Origin: an uncultured Acidobacteriota bacterium
GTDB lineage: Bacteria; Acidobacteriota; Vicinamibacteria; Vicinamibacterales; UBA8438
Direction of reading: 5' to 3'
Length of the DNA: 64,000 nucleotides
NCBI GenBank assembly: GCA_913043225.1
Contig: CAJWLU010000013.1
Coordinates: 1 to 64,000, forward strand
Positions 54,898-64,000 of this stretch are shown here, in pieces. The translations under genes and the position numbers were made by a program. How positions within the stretch are numbered: position 1 is the stretch's first letter; each line of letters opens with the position of its first letter. The notes below the pieces were generated by a model, which saw only the letters and a program-made list of their open reading frames with translations, made no database searches and was not told the origin of the DNA.

Positions 54898-55968
54898 ATG
54901 GGAATCCTGCTGACCGACGTGCTCGCCTGTGCCGCCGCCTTCCTGGCATCGGCCACGTTCACCCCGGCCGCGCGCGATCTCGCCTTCAAGCTGGGGCTGG
55001 TCGATAACCCTGGGCCGCGAAAGTTGCACGCCGCGCCCGTGCCGGTGCTGGGCGGGCTCGCCGTGTATCTCGCTACCATGTTTGCGATCGCCGTCTTCGT
55101 CACCGACGACGAGTGGTCGCAGATGTTCGGGATCTTCCTGGCCTCCACGTTGGCCCTGTTAGTGGGCATGCTCGACGACCGAGGGATGCTGCATCATCAG
55201 ATCAAGCTGATGGCCGCTATGCCCTTGGCCGCCATCGTCTTGATCGGCACAGACATGCACAGCGAGATCTTCCATACGATCGAGGCGTTTCCGGTGGTCG
55301 GCATTCCTGGCGCCTGGATCGACTTCGCGCTCTCGTTCGTTTGGTTCGTCGGCATCATCGCGGCTTTCAGTATCCTCGACCACATGGACGGTCTCTGCTC
55401 TGGAGTGGCCGCTGTGGTTGCCGCGTTCTGCTTCTCGTTCGCGGTCACGGGTGGGCAACTGCTCGTCGGGACGCTGGCGGCGGCAATTCTAGGGGCGTCG
55501 CTCGGGTTCTTGTGGTGGAACGCCAAGCCGGCACGGATCTTTCTCGGCGATGGGGGAGCGATGCTGCTCGGTCTCGTGTCGGCCACGCTCGGGATTAAGC
55601 TCCGCTTTCCAGAGATCGAGCCTGGCGTTGCCTGGATGATCCCGGTGCTGATTCTGGCGGTGCCGATCTTCGACACTACGCTGGTGACGGTGTCGCGCCT
55701 TAGGCGTGGCTTGGTGCCGTTCTCGTCCCCGGGAAAGGACCATGTGGCCCATCGTCTGGTGGCCCTCGGGCTGAGCCATCGCCGGGCGGTCTGGATGATC
55801 TACGGCGTGGGAGTGCTGACCGGCGGACTCGCCTGGTGTGTCGCCCTCTTCCCAGAGATAGCTCCGCTGCCAGTTGGCGTGGTCGCTGTGGTAGGCGCGG
55901 TCGTGTCGATCGCCTGGTTGGAAGGGACCCCCTACGAGCGGCAGCCGTCGCCGCAGGTTGGAGAATGA
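54898..55968 (+). CDS. MraY/WecA-family polyprenyl-phosphate HexNAc-1-P transferase
   Basis: RKLH..PVPVLGG, GMLDD, LDHMDGL, IFLGDGG, PIFDTT and DHVAHRL. Confidence 0.9.
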   Translation: MGILLTDVLACAAAFLASATFTPAARDLAFKLGLVDNPGPRKLHAAPVPVLGGLAVYLATMFAIAVFVTDDEWSQMFGIFLASTLALLVGMLDDRGMLHHQIKLMAAMPLAAIVLIGTDMHSEIFHTIEAFPVVGIPGAWIDFALSFVWFVGIIAAFSILDHMDGLCSGVAAVVAAFCFSFAVTGGQLLVGTLAAAILGASLGFLWWNAKPARIFLGDGGAMLLGLVSATLGIKLRFPEIEPGVAWMIPVLILAVPIFDTTLVTVSRLRRGLVPFSSPGKDHVAHRLVALGLSHRRAVWMIYGVGVLTGGLAWCVALFPEIAPLPVGVVAVVGAVVSIAWLEGTPYERQPSPQVGE

Positions 55969-57128
55969 GCCGGACGTCTCACGCCAACGGTGCTCCGGTT
56001 ACGGTGGTCGGAGGGTCAGCGACCGGCCTATACGCAGCGACGCTCCTGGCCGAGGCCGGGAGGGACGTCCGGGTGCTCGAGGGTTCGGAAGAGTACGCGC
56101 CGGACGCGCGCACACTCATCGTCACCCGACGGATGAAGGATCTGCCAGGCGACCCCGGTGACCAGTCTATCGTCAACATCATCAACCGCTTCGAGTTGTT
56201 GACCGACGGCCGCGCAGCGACGATCGAGCTCGACGAACCCGACCTGGTGATCGAACGCTCGACGCTGCTTCATGGAATGGTCGAGCGGGCGAGGGCGGCA
56301 GGTGTCGATCTCCAGATGGGCAACCGGGTGCGGACGCTCAAGGCCAATGGGACGGGTGGCGTCACTTTGGGAATCGGGAGCAACGGAGCCACGAGGGACG
56401 TGCTGGCGCATACCGTCGTTGGCGCGGACGGCACGTTCAGCTGCGTCGCGAAGGCCGCCGGATGGCCGCCGCTCGAGACGGTTCCGCTTATTCAGGCTAT
56501 CGTGCGCTTGCCGGACGATCTCCCCCCAGATACCACGCGGGTATGGTTTCATCCCGAGGATACGCCCTATTTCTACTGGTTGATCCCAGAGTCGCCCGAG
56601 CGCGGTGCACTCGGCCTGATCGGAGAGGATGGCCCCGCCGCGGGGCGTTGCCTCGAAAGGTTTCTAGAGCGCCATCAGTTCGAACCGATCGAGTTTCAGG
56701 CGGCACGTATTCCCTGCTATCGGCGGTGGGTGCAACCGCAACGACGTCTGGGTGACACCGACATCTACCTGGTCGGCGATGCCGCCGCTCAAGTCAAGGT
56801 CACCACCGTTGGAGGCATTGTCACCGGCTTTCGTGGCGCGCTCGGGGTGGCTGAATCCATCCTCCACGGCCGGACCGCCGCCTTCCGTCAGCTCAAGCGA
56901 GAGCTCGACTGGCACCGGTTGCTCCGCCGTTCCCTGGGGCGATTCCGACAGGCTGACTACGAGCTGTTGCTCGACGTGTTGAACCCCGGCACCCACGGCG
57001 TGCTTGGCACCTATACCCGGGATGAGGCCGGCCGGATTCTCGCCCGGTTGTGCCTCGCGCAGCCGCGCCTGATCCTGCTCGCGCTGCGGACGCTGGTGCT
57101 GCCTCCGGACCGTCCTTCTACCGTCTGA
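55965..57128 (+). CDS. Geranylgeranyl reductase-like FAD-dependent oxidoreductase
   Basis: VVGGSATG, VVGADG..S, YFYWLIP and LVGDAAAQVKVTTVGGI (GGR-type motif). Confidence 0.8.
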   Translation: MSRTSHANGAPVTVVGGSATGLYAATLLAEAGRDVRVLEGSEEYAPDARTLIVTRRMKDLPGDPGDQSIVNIINRFELLTDGRAATIELDEPDLVIERSTLLHGMVERARAAGVDLQMGNRVRTLKANGTGGVTLGIGSNGATRDVLAHTVVGADGTFSCVAKAAGWPPLETVPLIQAIVRLPDDLPPDTTRVWFHPEDTPYFYWLIPESPERGALGLIGEDGPAAGRCLERFLERHQFEPIEFQAARIPCYRRWVQPQRRLGDTDIYLVGDAAAQVKVTTVGGIVTGFRGALGVAESILHGRTAAFRQLKRELDWHRLLRRSLGRFRQADYELLLDVLNPGTHGVLGTYTRDEAGRILARLCLAQPRLILLALRTLVLPPDRPSTV

Positions 57129-57172
57129 CCCTCCTCGCCGCATCGCGTCGAGGATTTCTCGCCATTCGCCGA

Positions 57173-59179
57173 GTGCCTTTCCTCGAGCGTGTCACAAAAC
57201 CGGTCGTCATCATCTCCGCCCTGTGGGTGGCCGGTCTCCTGGTGTCGACGCCGATCGAGTGGCCGAACCTGCGCTGGGTCGCCCTGGCCGCCTTCTTCGG
57301 CTCGTTCGTCGCCGCGCGGCGTTTTCCCAGGGCCACCATGCAGGGATGGCTGCTCTGCACGTATGTGGCGCCCGGAGTGCTCACCCTCCTGCTCGGCGAA
57401 TTCCGCTATTGGGACCTGACCCCCTGGCTCCTCGGGCTCCTCGGGACGATCTTGGCGACGACCGATCCCACCCGCTGGCAGCTACCGGCCCCGTGGCGAG
57501 TGCCGCTGGTGGTGTCACTGCTGGTCGTGACTCTGTCCTGGCCCATTATCTGGCTCCGTGAGCTCGATTTCCTGCCCGATATCGTCGGTCTCGCCGACGT
57601 CGTCAACAACGGAGCCGGCGTTCCTCCTGACATCGGTACGCTCTGGGCGTTCTGGGTCGTGCTGGTCCACGCGATCGGCGTGCTCTGGTTCGACTGGCTG
57701 ACCCACACCTACCCGAGAGTGGAGCTGAAGGCGCTCCTGCGACAGGTGATCCTGCCGCTGGCGTGTAGTTTCGGCATCGGTCTCTTGATGGCGGGCTATC
57801 AGGCAACTGTCGACATCGGTACTCTCAACCAGGGGTTCTGGGCCGAGATGCGTCGGGCGTCGGGGTTGCTGATGGACGCTAACCCGTTTGGTATGGCCGC
57901 CGCCTTGTGGGGGGGCTTCGGGGTTGCCCTCCTCGTCGCCTGGCCTGGACGCGATCGGACGCTGACGCCTGGACTCGCGGTCGCCGTCGGAGGGGTGCTG
58001 CTGATGTCCTGGTATGGACTCTGGGTCTCGGGTTCGCGATCCGCTCTGCTTGCCGGTACGGTGGTGGTGACCTGCGTCCTCCGGCAGCTCACGCCCTCCC
58101 TGCTTTGTCTGCGGGGCGGGCGACGCTTGGTGATTGCCGCCCTGGTCGTCCTGCTCGCCGGTGGGTTCGCCGTGTCGCGGTCATCCCTGGTCGGCCCCTG
58201 GCAGCGGGCGATGACGGAGGCGCCTACCGCGTCGGTGGCGTCCGTGCGCGCCTTCCTCGTGGAGCTGTGGGAGCGCAACAACTATGGGGCGGCAGCGGTC
58301 CACATGATTGCTGATTCCCCGATGGTGGGTGTTGGCGTCGGAGCGTTTCACCTGCTAGTGCCTGATGTGGGGCACGAACACCAGCTTGGCCGCATCGAGC
58401 CGGACAACGCCCAGAACTGGTGGCGACATCAGATCGCTGAGCTCGGCGCCCTTGGAGCACTGGGATGGTTGTGGTTCTCTGTTTTGCTGGGGTCGCACGT
58501 GCTCACTGCCCGTGCGAGTCCGGGGATGGAGCACTCGGCCGCTTTGCTTCGGGGAGTCCTGCTTGCCATCGCCGCGGTCTCGCTGCTGGGAATGCCGACG
58601 CAGAATCCAGCCCTGACCTTGACGTTCTGGACCGCGGTTGGCTGGTTCGGCTGTCTCGTCCCTACGCCCGCAGGTGCTTGGTGGGGGAATGCCAGGATCT
58701 GGGTCGTCGCGTGGGGTCTGGTGGTCGTCTACCTGGGCGCCTTCGCCACCGAGTCATGGACATATCTTCGTCCGCCGCATCGCGCCAACCGCGCGGATTG
58801 GGACTACAGCTACGGGATGTACCGTCCGGACCCGCATCCGGACGGCGGCACGTTCCAGTGGACGGGAGCCCGCGGTCTGACCGTCGTGCCCCTGACCGAT
58901 CGCTGGGTCGAGGTCAGCGCCTGGACCCACCACCCGGACATTGGGGAGCGTCCGGTGTTGCTGCAGGTGTCTGTCGATGGCACCCCGCTCATCGAGAGTG
59001 TGCGCTCGACTGGAGAACCGGTCGTCGGGTCAGTACGCATTCCAGAGAACCGGCTCCGCGTGACCATTGAGATAGAGGTCGACCGCACCTGGAGTCCGGC
59101 TGACCACGGTGAAACAGACACGCGCGAGCTCGGCGCAGGCTTCCGGTGGCGGTTCTTCGATCCGAGTCCTGAGGACTGA
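57173..59179 (+). CDS. O-antigen ligase (WaaL/Wzy_C)-like membrane protein with C-terminal periplasmic domain (start uncertain)
   Basis: RASG...DAN, SGSRS, PMVGVGVGAF and NAQNWW.H...ELG..G; C-terminal F.WT...RELG domain. Confidence 0.75.
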   Translation: MPFLERVTKPVVIISALWVAGLLVSTPIEWPNLRWVALAAFFGSFVAARRFPRATMQGWLLCTYVAPGVLTLLLGEFRYWDLTPWLLGLLGTILATTDPTRWQLPAPWRVPLVVSLLVVTLSWPIIWLRELDFLPDIVGLADVVNNGAGVPPDIGTLWAFWVVLVHAIGVLWFDWLTHTYPRVELKALLRQVILPLACSFGIGLLMAGYQATVDIGTLNQGFWAEMRRASGLLMDANPFGMAAALWGGFGVALLVAWPGRDRTLTPGLAVAVGGVLLMSWYGLWVSGSRSALLAGTVVVTCVLRQLTPSLLCLRGGRRLVIAALVVLLAGGFAVSRSSLVGPWQRAMTEAPTASVASVRAFLVELWERNNYGAAAVHMIADSPMVGVGVGAFHLLVPDVGHEHQLGRIEPDNAQNWWRHQIAELGALGALGWLWFSVLLGSHVLTARASPGMEHSAALLRGVLLAIAAVSLLGMPTQNPALTLTFWTAVGWFGCLVPTPAGAWWGNARIWVVAWGLVVVYLGAFATESWTYLRPPHRANRADWDYSYGMYRPDPHPDGGTFQWTGARGLTVVPLTDRWVEVSAWTHHPDIGERPVLLQVSVDGTPLIESVRSTGEPVVGSVRIPENRLRVTIEIEVDRTWSPADHGETDTRELGAGFRWRFFDPSPED

Positions 59180-59186
59180 TGCGCTG

Positions 59187-59226
59187 CTCGGCCTAGCCGG
59201 TTTTCCCGCAAGACTGGCGTGCCGAG
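59187..59226. terminator. Hairpin between convergent genes, possible bidirectional terminator
   Basis: CTCGGC/GCCGAG outer stem and GCCGGTTTT/AAGACTGGC inner stem; no clear U-tract. Confidence 0.35.
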
Positions 59227-59233
59227 GGGAAGC

Positions 59234-60592
59234 CTAGAGTTTCTGTGCGATTGCCGCGTAGTCGAGGAATGTGAAGAGCAAGGTGTTGATCTTGTCGACG
59301 TTCCGATTGAACGCCTGGACGATAACCCGAAGCTCCTCGTTCGATGGCGCCAAAATGTCGATCGGCGTCAGCTTGGCGGCATCATCGGCGGGTGAGCTGA
59401 AGACCAGTTCCGCGCGCTGGAACCCGCTCGCTTCGAGCAGGAAACGCAGCGTCTCTGGTGGAAGCGGCCGCGTGTGCGTGATGTCCCGCAGATACGGACC
59501 GAAGAACGCGGACCAGGAGTCGACGTTCAGTGTCTCGAGAATGATCGTCGAGCCGGGTCGGAGCTTGTGGTACGCGAGCTCCAGGAACCGCAACAGGTAG
59601 TCGGATGGAAAGTGCTCGACAACTTGTGTGGCGATGAGTCCACCGAGCGCCTCGTCAGGCAACGCCTGTAGATACCTCACGGCGTCACCTTCCGCGACGT
59701 CTAGACCTCGTTCCCGGCACACGGCCACCATGTCGGGATTCGCATCGAGTCCCCGGGCGGTGACGCCACGCTGGCCTAGCAGCGATAGAAACTCGCCCCG
59801 ACCGCACCCGACATCGAGTACGTCGGCTGCGTCCTCGAAGCGGTCGCCGTATCCCGCGAGCCTCGAGGCGATCTCTGCCTCGCTCCCCCTGAACACCTCT
59901 TCGAACCCCAGATACTTGTAGGCATCCAGCCGGCCGACCTGTCCGGTGTCGGTCCGCGTCGCCTCTGGCGCGACGACCGTCTCCGGGGCCGATCCCGGTC
60001 CTTCGACGGCCATCAACTTTTCGAGTTCCCGCTTCATGGCTTGCTGTCGTTGTTGCAGCAGGCCAATGGTGCGCTCGAGGAGGCGTACCGGATTCTCATT
60101 AACCCGGCGCAGCAGCCCGATGCCTTCCCGGTCCTTGGTATCCACGTAGGGCGTGATCTGTTGAGCCCAGACCACGACACGCGACTGGAACGCCCTGAGT
60201 GCCTCAAGTTCATTTCGCAGGAGTTTCAGGGTAGTGGCCATCGCTTTGGCCGTGGCCTGTTGCCGGGCCGCTACCTCAGCGAGGTGAGCGTGGATGGCGC
60301 GGTTGACCTTTGCCTGGCGTTCGAGCAATGGCTGCAGAGTCGACCAGGCGAGCCGAGCTACCCATCCGGCAAGTCCTCCGCGTTGCTCCGGAGGCTCGGG
60401 GGTGGTACCGGTCAGTCGCGCCAGCTCGTCGAGGGTGTCTGAGTCAGGGCCCGGTGGCGGATGTGGGATGGCAGGGAGGGATTGAATGGCACGGTCGAGT
60501 GCGGTAAGCGCCTCATTGTAGGCTCGGTCTGCCTCGGTCCGCTCCTTTTGCAGACGGCTCAGATCAGCGGCGCTGAGGGTGCGATCGGTCAT
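59234..60592 (-). CDS. Coiled-coil plus class I SAM methyltransferase (glycan chain-terminating type)
   Basis: Long helical N-terminal half; [30 protein letters not shown] and DYAAIA. Confidence 0.85.
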   Translation of the reverse strand: MTDRTLSAADLSRLQKERTEADRAYNEALTALDRAIQSLPAIPHPPPGPDSDTLDELARLTGTTPEPPEQRGGLAGWVARLAWSTLQPLLERQAKVNRAIHAHLAEVAARQQATAKAMATTLKLLRNELEALRAFQSRVVVWAQQITPYVDTKDREGIGLLRRVNENPVRLLERTIGLLQQRQQAMKRELEKLMAVEGPGSAPETVVAPEATRTDTGQVGRLDAYKYLGFEEVFRGSEAEIASRLAGYGDRFEDAADVLDVGCGRGEFLSLLGQRGVTARGLDANPDMVAVCRERGLDVAEGDAVRYLQALPDEALGGLIATQVVEHFPSDYLLRFLELAYHKLRPGSTIILETLNVDSWSAFFGPYLRDITHTRPLPPETLRFLLEASGFQRAELVFSSPADDAAKLTPIDILAPSNEELRVIVQAFNRNVDKINTLLFTFLDYAAIAQKL

Positions 60593-61368
60593 CCGCTGAT
60601 GGTGCCTTCCGGCGGACTGCTGGCGGTTGCGTAGCGGCGTCGTGCGATCCGTCCGGCCAGACGAGCCTGTCGGCCCGCGACGACGGCGAGCTTCATCGCC
60701 TCGGCCATCGCGACCGGGTCGCTGGCGCCCGCGATCGCGGTGTTCATCAGCACCCCATCGACCCCGAGCTCCATCGCCACGGCCGCGTCAGATGCCGTCC
60801 CGACGCCGGCGTCGACGATGACCGGAATGCCGGCGAACTCCTTGATGATGTGGATGTTGTTGCGGTTCTGGATGCCCAGCCCAGAGCCAATCGGCGCGCC
60901 GAGAGGCATGACCGCGGCCGCCCCCGCATCTTCGAGTTTCTTGCAGACCACCGGATCGTCATTGGTGTAGGGCAGTACGACGAATCCTTCCTTGACGAGG
61001 ACCCGGGTGGCTTCGACCAGACCCTCGTTGTCTGGAAACAGTGTCTGCTCGTCACCGATCACCTCGAGCTTCACCCATTCCGACAGTCCGACCTCCCGGC
61101 CCAGCCGAGCGGTGCGGATCGCGTCGTCGGCGGTGTAGCAGCCGGCGGTGTTCGGCAGCAGGGCATAGCGCTTGGGGTCGATGTAGTCCAGCATCGACCC
61201 CTTCGCACGATCGGTCACATTGATGCGTCGTACCGCAACGGTCACCATTTCTGCGCCTGACGCTTCATGCGCCTGTTGCATAACGTCGTGTGATTCGTAC
61301 TTTCCGGTACCGACGATGAGCCGGGATGAGAACGTCTTGCCCGCGATGATGAGGGGGTCTGGTGCCAT
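60589..61368 (-). CDS. thiG: Thiazole synthase
   Basis: [44 protein letters not shown] and VDAGVG. Confidence 0.97.
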   Translation of the reverse strand: MAPDPLIIAGKTFSSRLIVGTGKYESHDVMQQAHEASGAEMVTVAVRRINVTDRAKGSMLDYIDPKRYALLPNTAGCYTADDAIRTARLGREVGLSEWVKLEVIGDEQTLFPDNEGLVEATRVLVKEGFVVLPYTNDDPVVCKKLEDAGAAAVMPLGAPIGSGLGIQNRNNIHIIKEFAGIPVIVDAGVGTASDAAVAMELGVDGVLMNTAIAGASDPVAMAEAMKLAVVAGRQARLAGRIARRRYATASSPPEGTISG

Positions 61369-61391
61369 GGGCCGTCCGTGTCAGGAAGGGA

Positions 61392-61592
61392 TCAGCCCCC
61401 TCCCACGAAGTTCACGACTTCAATCTGGTCGCCGTCGGCCACTGGCGTCTCGCCGAAGGCGGCTTTCTTGACCACCACGAGATTTCGCTCGACGGCGACG
61501 ATTCTCGGATCGATGTCGAGATGAGCGAGCAGTCCTTCGATGGTGACTGGTCGATCGAGCTCGTAGGGGTCGCCGTTCAGCAGAATTCGCAT
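61392..61592 (-). CDS. thiS: Sulfur carrier protein ThiS
   Basis: 66 aa; I.LNG, VAVERN and C-terminal DQIEVVNFVGGG. Confidence 0.96.
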   Translation of the reverse strand: MRILLNGDPYELDRPVTIEGLLAHLDIDPRIVAVERNLVVVKKAAFGETPVADGDQIEVVNFVGGG

Positions 61593-61629
61593 CGGACAGT
61601 CCGGCGAGGGCCGTTCACTCTGATCGTTA

Positions 61630-61659
61630 AGCGTAACGTGGCTGTGGACACGAAGTCAA
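61630..61659 (-). promoter_or_regulatory. Candidate sigma70 promoter for thiS (TTGACT-N18-TACGCT)
   Basis: Read on the minus strand just upstream of thiS. Confidence 0.35.
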
Positions 61660-61813
61660 GTGTAAGCAGTTGCGCAGACAGGAGTTATGAGGATTATTCT
61701 TGCTCGAAAGCCATCAAATTGACTTCCTCAACCCACCGGTTGTACGATCTAGATCAACCGGCGAGCGTACGCTGGGTGGCCGTCGTCGCTGGCGGCACTT
61801 TTTTTACCTGTGC

Positions 61814-61831
61814 TTGAGAAAAAAATCACAA
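61814..61831. promoter_or_regulatory. Palindromic operator TTGAGAAAAAAATCACAA (Rex- or CRP-like)
   Basis: 12 of 14 conserved positions of Rex TTGTGAA-N4-TTCACAA and 9 of 10 of CRP TGTGA-N6-TCACA; about 65 nt upstream of nqrA. Confidence 0.5.
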
Positions 61832-61896
61832 TCTTAGACCGGCCTCTTATCCGGGCTCTCGGTTCGCCACACTCGTAGTACCTGCGCACGTTGTAC

Positions 61897-63270
61897 ATGG
61901 CTCGGCATTCTTTCAGCAAGGGACTTCGGCTTCCGGCCCTCGGCGCCCCTGAGCAACAGGTGGACACCGGCCGGATGATCCGTCGGGTCGCGCTGTTGGC
62001 GGATGACTACGTCGGGCTTCGCCCGACCATGCGTGTGGCGGTCGGCGACGACGTGCGACGTGGGCAGCCGCTGTTCGATGACAAGAAGCGTCCGGGGGTC
62101 CGGTTCACCTCGCCGGCGGCTGGCACGGTCAGCGCTATCAACCGCGGTGTTCGACGCCGGTTCCTGTCCGTGGTCGTTGAGCTTAGCCGCGAGGAGCGCG
62201 AGGGCCGAGGCGGCGATCAGGTGTCGTTCAGCGCGCATACGGGGCGTCATCCCGGTGGCCTGTCTGGCGACGAGGTTCGCGAGCTGCTCGTGGAGTCCGG
62301 ACTCTGGACGGCACTCAGGGCGCGACCTTTCGGTCGGGTCGCGGATCCGCACGGCGCCGCTGACGCCATCTTCGTGACCGCCATCGACACCGAGCCGCTG
62401 GCCCCCGACGTCGAGGTGGTGCTCGAGGGCCAGCACGGGGCGTTCGAGCGCGGAGTGTCGGCGCTGACCCGGTTGACCGACGGGCCCGTGTATGTCTGCA
62501 CGGCCCAGGGGAGTGCGGTGCCGGTTCCGGATGGTGAGCGGCTTCACCACGAAGAGTTCAAAGGGCCGCACCCGGCAGGGACCGCCGGGCTCCATATCCA
62601 TACGCTGCACCCGGCGGGCCGTGGCCGCGTGGTCTGGCACGTCGGCTACCAGGATGTCGTTGCCATCGGCCGACTGTTCGAGACCGGTCATCTGGCGGTC
62701 GAACGTGTCGTCGCGCTGAGCGGCCCCGCTCAGCCTGGGCCAAGGCTGGTCCGCACTAGACTTGGCGCGTCCACGGCGGATCTGCTGGCCCCCGTAGAGC
62801 TGGATCCAGGCGTGCGGGTGGTTTCTGGATCATTGCTCTCCGGTCGCGACGCAGCCGGCGACATCGTCGGGTATCTGGGGCGCTACCACCGCCAGATCTG
62901 TCTCCTTCGAGACGGGCCGGACCGGGAGTTGCTCGGTTGGCTGATGCCCGGGGTCAGCAAGTTCTCGGCGTCGCGCTCGTTTCTCTCTAAGCTGCTGCCG
63001 GGTCGGCGGTTCGCGTTCACGACTAACACGAACGGTTCGCGGCGCGCCATCGTGCCGATCGGTCTCTATGAGGGCGTCATGGCGATGGACCTGCTGGCGA
63101 CTCCGCTGCTGCGCGCATTGGCGGTGCAGGATGTGGAGCGGGCCGAAGAGCTCGGGTGTCTCGAACTCGACGAGGAGGACCTCGCTCTCTGTACCTTCGT
63201 GTGCCCCAGCAAGATGGACCACGGTGCCTCCTTGCGGACGGTGCTGACCACGCTCGAGGCGGAAGGATGA
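61897..63270 (+). CDS. nqrA: Na+-translocating NADH:quinone reductase subunit A
   Basis: [38 protein letters not shown] and [21 protein letters not shown]. Confidence 0.96.
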   Translation: MARHSFSKGLRLPALGAPEQQVDTGRMIRRVALLADDYVGLRPTMRVAVGDDVRRGQPLFDDKKRPGVRFTSPAAGTVSAINRGVRRRFLSVVVELSREEREGRGGDQVSFSAHTGRHPGGLSGDEVRELLVESGLWTALRARPFGRVADPHGAADAIFVTAIDTEPLAPDVEVVLEGQHGAFERGVSALTRLTDGPVYVCTAQGSAVPVPDGERLHHEEFKGPHPAGTAGLHIHTLHPAGRGRVVWHVGYQDVVAIGRLFETGHLAVERVVALSGPAQPGPRLVRTRLGASTADLLAPVELDPGVRVVSGSLLSGRDAAGDIVGYLGRYHRQICLLRDGPDRELLGWLMPGVSKFSASRSFLSKLLPGRRFAFTTNTNGSRRAIVPIGLYEGVMAMDLLATPLLRALAVQDVERAEELGCLELDEEDLALCTFVCPSKMDHGASLRTVLTTLEAEG

Positions 63271-64000
63271 AGTTCCTGCGCGACCTGCTCGATCGGCAGG
63301 CTCATCACTTCGAGAAGGGTGGGCGCTTGGAGCGACTGTATCCGCTCTGGGAGGCGCAGGACACCTTTCTCTACACGCCCGGAGAGGTAACCCGGGAGGC
63401 GCCACACGTACGCGATGCGCTGGACATGAAGCGCCTCATGGTGACGGTGGTGATCGCCCTCGGGGGCTGCATCGCGATGGCGCTGTACAACACCGGCTAT
63501 CAGGCGCATCTGGCCATCGCAGCGGGCACAGCTCCCCTCGACACCTGGCAGACCGGAGCCATGGTGGCGATGGGGTTGAGCTTCGACCCCGCCGATCTCT
63601 GGGCCTGTTTGGTCCATGGCGCGCTCTACTTCGTGCCCGTGCTCGTCGTTACCTTCGCGGTCGGCGGGCTCTGGGAGGTGCTTTTCGCCATGGTGCGCGG
63701 CCATGAGATCAACGAGGGTATGTTGGTGACCGGCATGCTCTTCCCGTTGACCTTGCCGGCCACCGTGCCGCTCTGGCAGGTGGCGTTGGGGATTACATTC
63801 GGCATCGTGGTGGGGAAAGAGATCTTCGGGGGCACTGGCATGAATGTGCTCAACCCCGCCCTCACTGGACGAGCGTTTCTCTTCTTTGCTTATCCTGCAC
63901 AGTTGTCGGGAGATGCGGTCTGGGTTGCCGCCCAGACCGGCGCCGATGGCTATAGCGGCGCGACCATTCTTGCCCGCGCCACCGAAAGCGGGCTCGCTGG
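63267..64000 (+). CDS. nqrB: Na+-translocating NADH:quinone reductase subunit B (3' truncated)
   Basis: ATGA overlap; translates MKFLRDLLD...[22 protein letters not shown]...HVRDA.DMKR.M...HEINEG...[16 protein letters not shown]. Confidence 0.96.
   Translation, partial: MKFLRDLLDRQAHHFEKGGRLERLYPLWEAQDTFLYTPGEVTREAPHVRDALDMKRLMVTVVIALGGCIAMALYNTGYQAHLAIAAGTAPLDTWQTGAMVAMGLSFDPADLWACLVHGALYFVPVLVVTFAVGGLWEVLFAMVRGHEINEGMLVTGMLFPLTLPATVPLWQVALGITFGIVVGKEIFGGTGMNVLNPALTGRAFLFFAYPAQLSGDAVWVAAQTGADGYSGATILARATESGLA

Noticed and set aside
61593..61800. TPP riboswitch upstream of thiS
   Set aside because: The conserved CUGAGA and GAACCUGA-like cores were not found on the minus strand.
1..64000. 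IS elements, integrases, prophage genes, tRNA or rRNA
   Set aside because: No transposase, integrase or phage-like ORFs were seen, and no intergenic space with tRNA or rRNA features was recognised.

Overview
GC-rich bacterial DNA (about two-thirds G+C by eye; gene style and content suggest a marine Acidobacteriota/Vicinamibacteria-like organism, which is an inference). Positions 1 to ~60.6 kb are one very large cell-surface glycan locus of about 50 tightly coupled genes, followed by thiS-thiG (minus strand) and the start of the Na+-translocating NADH:quinone reductase operon (nqrA, partial nqrB). The locus encodes two MraY/WecA-type initiating transferases, Wzy/WaaL-like and GT-C membrane proteins, a Wzm/Wzt-type ABC exporter, many glycosyltransferases, nine SAM-methyltransferase domains, an amidotransferase and a ulosonic-acid module (NeuB, NeuA, KdsC-like phosphatase, SDR, aldehyde dehydrogenase, transketolase). 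The best candidate for an undescribed system is the 25.5-47.3 kb block. Its Wzt has a degenerate ABC signature, Walker B, D-loop and H-switch, and is fused to an unnamed ~300-aa domain (GP[W/Y]LS[E/D]VGFE-x-LYW) that recurs at the C-terminus of two glycosyltransferases. The block also has an atypical NeuB/SDR/ALDH/NeuA/transketolase sugar pathway, a cytidylyltransferase-methyltransferase fusion and a structured 5' leader. Four coiled-coil methyltransferase paralogs of graded N-terminal length are spread across the wider locus. No rRNA, tRNA, CRISPR array or mobile element was seen. All calls come from motif recognition by eye; no database searches were run.
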